Source of the DNA: Candidatus Micrarchaeota archaeon
GTDB taxonomy: Archaea > Micrarchaeota > Micrarchaeia > Norongarragalinales > Norongarragalinaceae
Length of the DNA stretch: 41,114 nt
NCBI GenBank assembly: GCA_018304285.1
Contig: JAGVWL010000036.1
Coordinates: 1-41,114 of the forward strand
Reading direction: 5' to 3'
Under the pieces are notes generated by a model. That model did not search any database. It was not told the origin of the DNA and saw only the letters and a list, made by a program, of their open reading frames with translations. Position 1 is the stretch's first letter; each line of letters opens with the position of its first letter. The translations under genes were made by a program, and so were the position numbers. This document shows, in pieces, positions 17,113 through 24,266 of this stretch.

Positions 17113-17676
17113 ATGCGTGTTTTCAAGCACGGCGATGCACTGGCAATAGTATTTCCTCAAAGCATAGCCGGCGCGAGCGGCATCAAGGAAGGGGAAGAGC
17201 TCGAATTCGTGGAAATAGAGAAAGGGCTTTTCGTGCTCGCGCGGAAGGAAAAGCTTGCCGAAGCGCTGAAGCCACGCGTCGAACAGGCTTTCGCTTCTTC
17301 GGCTGCGGCGCAGCCGCGGCAGCCGGAACAATCTGGCTTGGCTGCGTTCTTCAAGCGCGAGCTCGACTCTAAAGGTTTTGTCGTTGTGTTTGCGGAGAAG
17401 GGCGCGCAGGAAGTCTCGGTCGCGCTGGAGAAAGAGTTCAAGAGCGGCGCCATCCGCGGGACCAGGGGCTTCGACAGCAAGTTTTACCTTGCGAAGAGAA
17501 CGTTCGTGGAGGAAAGCTCGCCGAAACTCTTGAAGCAGCTGCAATCGCCTTCTTCAGTCGAACAGCTGGCTGAAAAAACGCGTTTGCCCGAAGACGCCGT
17601 GAAAGCGCTGCTGTGCATTTTGATGGAAGAGGGCGAAGTGATAGAAAAGAAGAAGGGGCTTTTCACTTGCGCTTGA
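17113..17676 (+). CDS. AbrB/SpoVT-type domain protein with a possible C-terminal winged helix
   Basis: N-terminus MRVFKHGDALAIVFPQSIAGASGIKEGEELEFVE is AbrB/MazE-like. The C-terminus SVEQLAEKTRLPEDAVKALLCILMEEGEVIEKKKG is wHTH-like. ATG at 17113 with AAGGTGG upstream. Confidence 0.5.
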   Translation: MRVFKHGDALAIVFPQSIAGASGIKEGEELEFVEIEKGLFVLARKEKLAEALKPRVEQAFASSAAAQPRQPEQSGLAAFFKRELDSKGFVVVFAEKGAQEVSVALEKEFKSGAIRGTRGFDSKFYLAKRTFVEESSPKLLKQLQSPSSVEQLAEKTRLPEDAVKALLCILMEEGEVIEKKKGLFTCA

Positions 17677-17678
17677 AA

Positions 17679-17837
17679 TCAGCGCATGGCTATCTTCAAA
17701 ATTATTTCCAGCAGCACCAAGCCTATCGCAATGCCCAAAACCACTTTGGCGTCAAGCTGGATTTTGGACGCGGAAACGTCGTAAAAGCGCATTATTCCCG
17801 CCGAAGAAGTCGGCGTTTGAATCTTGTCGTCGGCCAT
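17679..17837 (-). CDS. secG: Preprotein translocase Sec61-beta (archaeal SecG), 52 aa
   Basis: MADDKIQTPTSSAGIMRFYDVSASKIQLDAKVVLGIAIGLVLLEIILKIAMR. It has the SAG(L/I)xR(Y/F)xD motif followed by a single C-terminal TM helix. Not in the supplied ORF track because it is under 60 aa. Confidence 0.8.
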   Translation of the reverse strand: MADDKIQTPTSSAGIMRFYDVSASKIQLDAKVVLGIAIGLVLLEIILKIAMR

Positions 17838-17915
17838 TTTCAAATCCCTTTTTTATCGCCCGCGCAATCGCGGAGAAACCAACTAATTTAAACCAACCGC
17901 AATTTAAATTATCGT

Positions 17916-18860
17916 ATGGCCCGATTTGCAGCGCAGGAAACGCCAGTGGAGCAGTTGGAAAAACTGATTCCGAATTTGATTATCCTCGTTATCCTCCTCC
18001 TGGCTTTGCTTACGGTTTTGACGAAATTCGGGTGGGTGCACTGCACTCAAGTGCCCGTGTTCAACTGGTGCGACGTGTACTGCCCTTACGTCGAGGGCGG
18101 AAAATCGCGTGTTGCCGTGCTGTACGGCACGGACGGCATGGGCGACCCGCAGGCTTTGCGCGCTTTGCTGGGAAGGCAGAGGGGTTTCACGCTCGTTGAA
18201 CCGCTTGAGGGTACGGAACTGTCGGCGGGGATTTTGAAGAAATACGATTTGGTGGTCGTGGAGCACTTCAAAACGGCTTCGACCAGGCAAGTGGATGCGA
18301 TCATAGGCTATTTGGATGCAGGGGGGACTGTTGTTTGGATAGGCGATGCATTCTCCAGCCAGTACGTAGACGAATTCGACTTGCTCAAGGCAGGGCAATT
18401 GAACGATAGCTTTTACTCGAACCTCGTTTCCGCTAACGTAACTCCGGGAAGCAAAGAGTGGAACGACGCTTGGAATGCAGCGAAGAAACAGACTTGGTAC
18501 AAATACTTGTACAACAAAACTTCGCTCAGGGGATTCGACGTGCTGGAAGATTATTTGCGCGCTCGGTACAACGGCACCATAAAATCCGCCAAGACCGAGC
18601 TTAAGATCGTGGACCCGGCCCACCCGCTCGTGAAAGGCTTGTTCAAGCAATTCCCAATCTCTTCAGAGGAATTCGTGAGGGTGTACCCCGACGCGAGCGG
18701 AATAAACCTTGTTGCTCAAGTGGTTGCGCCGGGTGGCGTTTATCCGGGGATTCTGGAAACGCGTTATGCCGGAAAAATAATTTACGTCGCCTTCCCCCTC
18801 GAGGAAGTGGACTCCCCAACGCTTTTGGTCAACCTTTTGGACTACTTGGCCTCCTGTTAA
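17916..18860 (+). CDS. Membrane-anchored protein, paralog A (314 aa); possible class-I glutamine-amidotransferase-like (ThuA/DUF4159-type) fold
   Basis: N-terminal TM helix LIPNLIILVILLLALLTVL. Shares colinear blocks with the next gene: RVAVLYG, KKYDLVVVEH, GGTVVWIGDA, IVDPAHPLVKGL, GKIIYVAFP, LLVNLLDYL. Confidence 0.55.
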   Translation: MARFAAQETPVEQLEKLIPNLIILVILLLALLTVLTKFGWVHCTQVPVFNWCDVYCPYVEGGKSRVAVLYGTDGMGDPQALRALLGRQRGFTLVEPLEGTELSAGILKKYDLVVVEHFKTASTRQVDAIIGYLDAGGTVVWIGDAFSSQYVDEFDLLKAGQLNDSFYSNLVSANVTPGSKEWNDAWNAAKKQTWYKYLYNKTSLRGFDVLEDYLRARYNGTIKSAKTELKIVDPAHPLVKGLFKQFPISSEEFVRVYPDASGINLVAQVVAPGGVYPGILETRYAGKIIYVAFPLEEVDSPTLLVNLLDYLASC

Positions 18861-18944
18861 GTGCGGATTAGTCTAAACTCCGTCGGGGTGAAAAAAACCT
18901 TTATAAACTCCCCTTGACAGAAGGTTGTTAAGGTGATGTTTTAA

Positions 18945-19772
18945 ATGAATCGCAAACGTGGGCAGCAGTCTTACGCTGAAAGCGTCATTCCTATTATCTT
19001 AATCATAATCCTCGCTTTGTTCATCGCTGCAAAACTAGGTTATATTGACTTGAGTTCAATGCCTCTCGTCGGAGGCTTGTTCCCGCAGTCGTACATCCGC
19101 ATTGCCATAGTCGGCTCTCCTTCGCCCCAGTTGAATGACTTTTTGCGGAGCGAGCAATACCGCCTTGCGGGCGTTTCTTACGCAGTTCCCATCCGCCAGG
19201 AAGCGATTTACCCCGGCGTTTTGAAGAACTTTGACATTATCTTACTGCAGAACAGCCGCGTGTGCGACCGGACTGCGAGAAAGGAAATCACCAACGCCGT
19301 CAAGAGCGGAAAGAAGCTCATCGTGATTGGCGACGCTTGCACTGCAGTGACTGACGACCCGACTGCCGCAGGCTGGGATGTTGGATTGGGATTGCTCGGG
19401 GACGTAATGCCCGTAACTTGGGGCGGAAACTTGTTCCACGAGCGCGGTCAGACTATCGTGAACGTCAGGCAGGGCAAATTCCAGATTATCGAGCAGGACC
19501 ACCCGATTTTCAACGGGATTTTGAACCACGGCGTGTTCGAAGACACTTACACGAACGTGTATCCCAAGGCGAATTCGGGAGTGCTTGCGTTGGTCGAGGA
19601 GTTCGGCGGAAGGCCGACGAGCGCCGTAACCTACGCGATCATCGAGAGCAAGGGATTGCTGCAGAGCGGAAAGACGATTTACTTTTCCTTTGATCCAGCA
19701 ACCGCAAACCCGACCGGGCAATACCACCTGCTCTTGAACACTCTGCTCTACTTGAAGGGCGCAAAGGGCTAA
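18945..19772 (+). CDS. Membrane-anchored protein, paralog B (275 aa)
   Basis: N-terminal TM helix VIPIILIIILALFIAAKL. Blocks RIAIVGS, KNFDIILLQN, GKKLIVIGDA, IIEQDHPIFNGI, GKTIYFSFDP, LLLNTLLYL. SD AAGGTGA, with TTTATAAA at 18900..18907. Confidence 0.55.
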   Translation: MNRKRGQQSYAESVIPIILIIILALFIAAKLGYIDLSSMPLVGGLFPQSYIRIAIVGSPSPQLNDFLRSEQYRLAGVSYAVPIRQEAIYPGVLKNFDIILLQNSRVCDRTARKEITNAVKSGKKLIVIGDACTAVTDDPTAAGWDVGLGLLGDVMPVTWGGNLFHERGQTIVNVRQGKFQIIEQDHPIFNGILNHGVFEDTYTNVYPKANSGVLALVEEFGGRPTSAVTYAIIESKGLLQSGKTIYFSFDPATANPTGQYHLLLNTLLYLKGAKG

Positions 19773-19841
19773 TTTTTCAAAAGCCCTTTTTTCTCTTTCT
19801 TTTTTATTTTCGTCCTCCCTTAGCGTAAGCAAGGTGGGCTT

Positions 19842-20309
19842 TTGATTGCAGGCGTGGACTTTGGAACGTGGCGAGCTTTCGCAGTGCTGGATTACGACGG
19901 GGGCGTCGTTGCAATAGAAAGCCGCAAGAACTGGACTCCAGACGCGTTCATCCAATCGCTCTCCGCCTTTTCCCCTTCCATAATCGCCTGCGACAAGATT
20001 CCCGTCCCCAAAAGCGTGAAGCTCTTGAAAAGCGTTTTTTCCGCGCGTTTGTTCAAGCCGCACAAGAGCATGACTGGCCTGCAGAAAGCATCGTTGACGC
20101 GCGACTTCAACGTGCATAACGAGCACGAGCGCGACGCGCTTGCTGCTGCGCTCAAGGCATTCCGTTCGCTCAAAAACAAGTTCGAGCTCGTGGAAAAGAA
20201 GGCTGGGGCAGCGGGGGTTGCGAAGGCGCGGTTGGGGGTGTTGAAGCGCCTGGTTTTGAGGGGAGAGACTGTGGACGGGGCTTTAAAGGCCGTTAAACTG
20301 ATGGCTTAA
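19842..20309 (+). CDS. RNase H-fold nuclease-like protein (COG2433/DUF460-like N-terminal domain only), 155 aa
   Basis: TTG start after AAGGTGGG. IAGVDFGT...VLDYDG...IIACDKIPVPKSVKLL...NEHERDALAAALKAF resembles the RuvC/YqgF-like module of archaeal DUF460 proteins, which are usually much longer. Confidence 0.4.
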   Translation: MIAGVDFGTWRAFAVLDYDGGVVAIESRKNWTPDAFIQSLSAFSPSIIACDKIPVPKSVKLLKSVFSARLFKPHKSMTGLQKASLTRDFNVHNEHERDALAAALKAFRSLKNKFELVEKKAGAAGVAKARLGVLKRLVLRGETVDGALKAVKLMA

Positions 20310-20400
20310 AAACAAGTTTTTACTTTCTTCTTAAAGTCGGCAAGCCCGTTTTTTCGAGGCTTTCAAACGCAATACCAGGACGTCAGAGGTGGGGTTTAGC

Positions 20401-20718
20401 ATGGAAGAATCAGGACAACAACCGGAAATGCTGCCTTCAAGCGAGAGGCGGAGCGACGACACGATTTACATCGGCAAGAAAGACGTCATGAGCTACGTTC
20501 TCGCCGTAGTAACGCAGTTCAACCAAGGCGCCAACCACGTGAAGCTCAAGGCGCGCGGCAACATGATTTCGCGCGCGGTGGACGTGAGCCAAATAGTGAA
20601 AAACCGCTTCATCCAGGGCCTTCGCATTACGAATTTCGATGCGACGACTGAAGAGCTGCAGAGCGAGGACGGGTCGATGCGCAAGGTTTCTTCCCTTACG
20701 CTGACGCTGGAAAAGTAA
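20401..20718 (+). CDS. albA: Alba DNA/RNA-binding protein
   Basis: IYIGKKDVMSYVLAVVTQFNQGANHVKLKARGNMISRAVDVSQIVKNRF. ATG at 20401, downstream of GAGGTGG. Confidence 0.85.
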   Translation: MEESGQQPEMLPSSERRSDDTIYIGKKDVMSYVLAVVTQFNQGANHVKLKARGNMISRAVDVSQIVKNRFIQGLRITNFDATTEELQSEDGSMRKVSSLTLTLEK

Positions 20719-20749
20719 AAAGCGGGCGTTTCCGCTTTCTTTTTATTTT
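20719..20749 (+). terminator. Hairpin plus oligo-T tract after alba
   Basis: AAAGCGG-gcgttt-CCGCTTT followed by CTTTTTATTTT. Confidence 0.45.
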
Positions 20750-20802
20750 CACGCCAACCTAGTTTTATTGTTTCTTTTTGGGAAGTGAAGGTTTTCTTTG
20801 AT

Positions 20803-20832
20803 GAAGCTTTCTTTTTCCTAAAAGAAAGCTTC
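20803..20832 (+). repeat. Perfect 13-bp AT-rich hairpin abutting the tRNA-Val 5' end
   Basis: GAAGCTTTCTTTT-tcct-AAAAGAAAGCTTC. It ends 1 nt before tRNA position +1. Confidence 0.8.
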
Positions 20833-20833
20833 T

Positions 20834-20905
20834 GGGCTCGTAGTCGAATGGTAAGACGATCGCTTGACGTGCGATAGATTCGGGGTTCGATTCCCTGCGG
20901 GCCCA
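20834..20905 (+). tRNA. tRNA-Val(GAC), no intron
   Basis: Acceptor GGGCTCG/CGGGCCC (one G-U pair). Anticodon arm ATCGC-TTGACGT-GCGAT. T arm CGGGG-TTCGATT-CCCTG. Discriminator A. No CCA encoded. Confidence 0.85.
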
Positions 20906-20920
20906 CTCGATTTTATCATC

Positions 20921-21220
20921 TCATTTGTTAGTCCCGTAATACTTGACCTGCCCCAATAGCAACGCGGTTGTGAAGAGCAGGTACGTCAATAAAAACGCGG
21001 CATCCGTAAGCATGAACCCCAAGTCAACAAGGTTCTTTTCTTCCGAAACCCGCAAGCCGAAACCGGCGAAAAACAACTGCAAGATGAACGACAGGCTGGC
21101 GAGAATTAATCTGCCGTTTTTCACTCCGAGCCCAGCCATGAACTTGTGGACAATCAAAATGAAAATTCCCGATATGCCGATTCCGGCTACGAGAAATTGC
21201 AATGCCGCAGTTAAACTCAT
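20921..21220 (-). CDS. Hypothetical small membrane protein (99 aa, about 3 TM helices)
   Basis: Hydrophobic segments LQFLVAGIGISGIFILIV, LILASLSFILQLFFAGFGL and AAFLLTYLLFTTALLL. Confidence 0.5.
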   Translation of the reverse strand: MSLTAALQFLVAGIGISGIFILIVHKFMAGLGVKNGRLILASLSFILQLFFAGFGLRVSEEKNLVDLGFMLTDAAFLLTYLLFTTALLLGQVKYYGTNK

Positions 21221-21312
21221 ATGTGAATTTTGCCGAGCGGACTTTTAATTCCGTTGCGAAATATTTCAAAAAATTTAGAAATATTTTCGTCCATTACTGC
21301 TTTTGGCGGCAT

Positions 21313-21471
21313 TCATTCTTCTTCCGCGAATTTCTTGATTTCATCGAAGTTTTCCACGATCAGCTTCGCCTTCTTCTTGCCGAAGCTGAACGGAAACCTT
21401 CCGTCCTGCTCCCCGTCCCCCTTCAAGACGATGAGCTTGTTTCCCTTGTATTCCCCGAATTCCACAGCCAT
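21313..21471 (-). CDS. Hypothetical 52-aa protein
   Basis: MAVEFGEYKGNKLIVLKGDGEQDGRFPFSFGKKKAKLIVENFDEIKKFAEEE. AGAGGTG lies 7 nt upstream. It begins 20 nt after the HIT stop. It has a faint resemblance to PC4/YdbC-type small nucleic-acid binders; this is unverified. Confidence 0.4.
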   Translation of the reverse strand: MAVEFGEYKGNKLIVLKGDGEQDGRFPFSFGKKKAKLIVENFDEIKKFAEEE

Positions 21472-21490
21472 TTTTCAGCACCTCTAGTTT

Positions 21491-21934
21491 TCAAAGTTTC
21501 TTTTGTTTTCCAACAATCTTTTGTGCGAGCGAATCTAAATCCTTTTGCCCCGGCTCTTTCCGCATTTCCGTTTCCCTCACGCCCACGTTCTTGAACAACT
21601 GGTCCCAGCTTTTCCGCGGCAAAAGGTGAAAGTGCACGTGTTCTTTTGCTAACCGCGTCTCGGGAACGAAAGGCCTGTAGTGCTGGCGCAAGTCCACTCC
21701 CCCGCAAGGCAGGTTTTTCAGCAAAAGCCGTTCCGTGTCGACGATGAGGTCGAAAACCGAGTGCAGCTCTTCTTTGTTGAAATCCCACAGCGCCTTGTGG
21801 TGGGTTTTGGGAATGACGAGCGTGTGGCCTTCCATGATTGGGAAAGCGTCTAGAATGGCGATGGCGTTTTTGTTTTCGCCGAGCTTTGCGCTGTGCGCCT
21901 TGCCTTCGGCAATGCTGCAGAAAACGCACTCCAT
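21491..21934 (-). CDS. HIT-family (histidine triad) nucleotide hydrolase
   Basis: CVFCSI...AILDAFPIMEGHTLVIPK...HVHFHLLPR. I prefer the ATG at 21934, because the GTG at 21946 lies inside the GGTGGGG SD. Confidence 0.85.
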   Translation of the reverse strand: MECVFCSIAEGKAHSAKLGENKNAIAILDAFPIMEGHTLVIPKTHHKALWDFNKEELHSVFDLIVDTERLLLKNLPCGGVDLRQHYRPFVPETRLAKEHVHFHLLPRKSWDQLFKNVGVRETEMRKEPGQKDLDSLAQKIVGKQKKL

Positions 21935-21975
21935 TCTTCTCCCCACCGTTTTCTCTCCGCAAACTTTTCTTTACT

Positions 21976-22006
21976 TAATTTTTCTTTTTGCGAAAAAGAA
22001 AAATTA
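21976..22006 (-). repeat. Perfect 14-bp AT-rich hairpin abutting the tRNA-Ala 3' end (copy A)
   Basis: TAATTTTTCTTTTT-gcg-AAAAAGAAAAATTA on the + strand, 1 nt from the tRNA discriminator base at 22008. With its flank (21964..22006) it is homologous to 22056..22094. Confidence 0.8.
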
Positions 22007-22007
22007 G

Positions 22008-22132
22008 TGGACTCGGCGGGATTTGAACCCGCAGCCTCATGCATTACGGTTGGAACCTTTCTTTACTGAATTTTTCTTTTGCAAAGAAAAATTCCTTGCC
22101 ATGCATGCGATCTGCCGTTGATCTACGAGCCC
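22008..22132 (-). tRNA. tRNA-Ala(GGC) with a 53-nt intron (22044..22096) between positions 37 and 38
   Basis: Acceptor GGGCUCG/CGAGUCC, including the G3:U70 alanine identity pair. D arm GAUC-AACGGCA-GAUC. Anticodon stem CAUGC/GCAUG. Loop AUGGCA|U. T arm GCGGG-UUCAAAU-CCCGC. Discriminator A. A central helix AUGG:CCGU with bulge AAU is possible. Confidence 0.75.
22068..22094 (-). repeat. Perfect 12-bp AT-rich hairpin inside the tRNA-Ala intron (copy B)
   Basis: GAATTTTTCTTT-tgc-AAAGAAAAATTC on the + strand. Its flank CCTTTCTTTACT matches CTTTTCTTTACT next to copy A. Confidence 0.8.
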
Positions 22133-22160
22133 GTTCGGTAAATAGTTCTGTGGCTAGTCT

Positions 22161-22167
22161 TTTAAAT
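22161..22167 (-). promoter_or_regulatory. TATA-like box for tRNA-Ala
   Basis: ATTTAAA on the minus strand, 29-35 nt upstream of the tRNA 5' end. Confidence 0.45.
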
Positions 22168-22188
22168 CGCTTTTCGAGAAGCGGGCGT

Positions 22189-22434
<246 letters not shown>

Positions 22435-22515
22435 TTAAAAAAAACTATTAATGCAATGCGCATTTGTTTTTAACCGTTTTGCTGAATGCGTTGGGCGCGC
22501 GCCGGGAATGCAAAA

Positions 22516-23295
22516 TTATTTTTTTCCGAAAAGGTTTTTGAAAAACCCGACGATCCCCGCGAGAAAGCCCCGCTTTTCCGTCGGCGCTTGCATTTGCTCG
22601 CCGGTTATTTGCGTTGCCAGGCTCCTGAGCGCGCGCGCGAAATTGCTCGAAGGCGCGGAGAGCACGACCGGCTTTTGCAGTGCTGAAGCCCTGCGCACTT
22701 CCAAATCTTCCGGCAGCACGCCGAGGTTTTTGAGCTTGAGTATGGTTTCAAGCTCGCGCGGCTTTATTTCGTTCTTTTCGCCCAAAACCATGTTGAGCAC
22801 GAAGCCGTTGATTTTCACGTTGTTTTTCTCGGCGAGAATCTGCACTTTCAAGGCGTCGGCGAGGGAAATGGGCTCGGGAGTGATGACTAAAACCATTTCT
22901 TTTGCGGACGTGATTGCCGCGAGGGCGTCGGGCCCCAAGCCCGGCGGGCAGTCTATCAAAACGTAATCGTAAATTTCTTCCAGGCGCTTGACCGCCTTCT
23001 TGAGCACGGAATAATTCAGGTTGTCGCTTTCGGCCGAAATGCTCGCGGGCACGTACTTCATTCCCGCAGGCCCTTCGTAAACCGCTTCGGTAATCACGTT
23101 TTCCTCGCGCAGGACGTTGTTGAGCGAAATGGGCGTCTTGTCCACGCCAATCATCAGCCCGATGTTCGCCATTTGCACGTCGGCGTCGACGATTACGACT
23201 TTCTTTCCCGCTTGCGCCAAGAGCAAGCTCAAGTTTAGGGTGATGGTGCTTTTGCCCACTCCCCCTTTTCCCGATGCGAATACCAAGCTCGTCAT
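22516..23295 (-). CDS. minD: MinD/ParA-family ATPase (archaeal MinD type)
   Basis: Deviant Walker A SGKGGVGKSTITLNL. VIVDADVQMANI. Walker B YVLIDCPPG. Its ATG overlaps the upstream gene's stop (ATGA). Confidence 0.85.
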   Translation of the reverse strand: MTSLVFASGKGGVGKSTITLNLSLLLAQAGKKVVIVDADVQMANIGLMIGVDKTPISLNNVLREENVITEAVYEGPAGMKYVPASISAESDNLNYSVLKKAVKRLEEIYDYVLIDCPPGLGPDALAAITSAKEMVLVITPEPISLADALKVQILAEKNNVKINGFVLNMVLGEKNEIKPRELETILKLKNLGVLPEDLEVRRASALQKPVVLSAPSSNFARALRSLATQITGEQMQAPTEKRGFLAGIVGFFKNLFGKK

Positions 23296-23795
23296 TGTGC
23301 CTCGAGTCCTCCCATTCCGTATTTCTTGAGCAAGTCTTCCCTGCTTTCGCTTTTTTCTTTCGGCTGTTGCGAGACAACCTCTTGTTCGAATATCGGCGAG
23401 AATTCTTTTATGCTGACTCCTTCCATTTGTTTCTGGTCGGGCACGTAAATCATTTTTTCATTGACCGCCAAAACCAGCTCAACTTGTTCGGGCGTCAGTT
23501 CCACGACGTCCATCGTTCCTATTGCCGCGGCAGCTGCGTTCAAAACGCGCTGGAACGCCTGCGCGCCCTGCATTTCCTTCGCGTGCTTGAAATATTCGTA
23601 AGCGCAGCCCACGATTTTACCGGAATCAAGCAGAACCGTGCCTTCCTCGAAGCCGCCGGCGCCTTTGACGCACAACGCGACATACCCGCTGAAGTTTTTT
23701 TTCTGGAGCTGCACCAGCGCCTTAAGAAAATCGATGCTTCCCGCATCCACGTTCTTGCTCAGCATTTTTCCGGCAGGAAGGCTTACCATTCTCAT
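23292..23795 (-). CDS. Hypothetical protein (167 aa), possibly DUF4388/PATAN-like
   Basis: FLKALVQLQKKNFSGYVALCVKGAGGFEEGTVLLDSGKIVGCAYE...MQGAQAFQRVL fits the general DUF4388 pattern, followed by an acidic/polar tail. It has 4-nt overlaps with both neighbours. The family call was not verified. Confidence 0.4.
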   Translation of the reverse strand: MRMVSLPAGKMLSKNVDAGSIDFLKALVQLQKKNFSGYVALCVKGAGGFEEGTVLLDSGKIVGCAYEYFKHAKEMQGAQAFQRVLNAAAAAIGTMDVVELTPEQVELVLAVNEKMIYVPDQKQMEGVSIKEFSPIFEQEVVSQQPKEKSESREDLLKKYGMGGLEAQ

Positions 23796-24256
23796 TCCCT
23801 CAAGTCGATTACTACGTCCGCAGTATTGCGCAACGCTGTTGAAAAGTCGGGCTCAAGGCCCACGACAATCGTTTCTTTCCCGTGCTCCTTTGCTTTGGCA
23901 AGCAAAGGCTTGAAGTCGCTGTCGCGCGATACGACCGCAATCACGTCTATCGTGTCGTTAAAAATCGCTTCGCTCGCTTCTACTGCAAGGGCAACGTCCA
24001 CGTCGCTCGGGACTATGGTGACGTCGAAACCCTGGTTTGTCACGGCTTCGATGAGCTTGTCCGACGCGTATTGGTCCAAAAGCACGCGCGCAATCTTGAT
24101 TTGCCCGTACTTCGACAGTTTTTTCTTGACTTTGTCTAAATCCACGCCCAGTTCCTTGCGCAGGATGTTAGGCCCGTCGACGAAGCACGCGATGTTTTTC
24201 TTGTGCTCCTTGTTCAGCGCTTCCTTCATCTTGTCGAAAAAACTAGCCATGAGCAA
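23792..24256 (-). CDS. NYN-domain (LabA/DUF88-like, PIN-related) putative ribonuclease
   Basis: IACFVDGPNILRK...DVDVALAVEA...IAVVSRDSDFKPLLAKAKEHGKETIVVG. Confidence 0.7.
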   Translation of the reverse strand: MLMASFFDKMKEALNKEHKKNIACFVDGPNILRKELGVDLDKVKKKLSKYGQIKIARVLLDQYASDKLIEAVTNQGFDVTIVPSDVDVALAVEASEAIFNDTIDVIAVVSRDSDFKPLLAKAKEHGKETIVVGLEPDFSTALRNTADVVIDLRE

Positions 24257-24266
24257 ACACCTTCAC

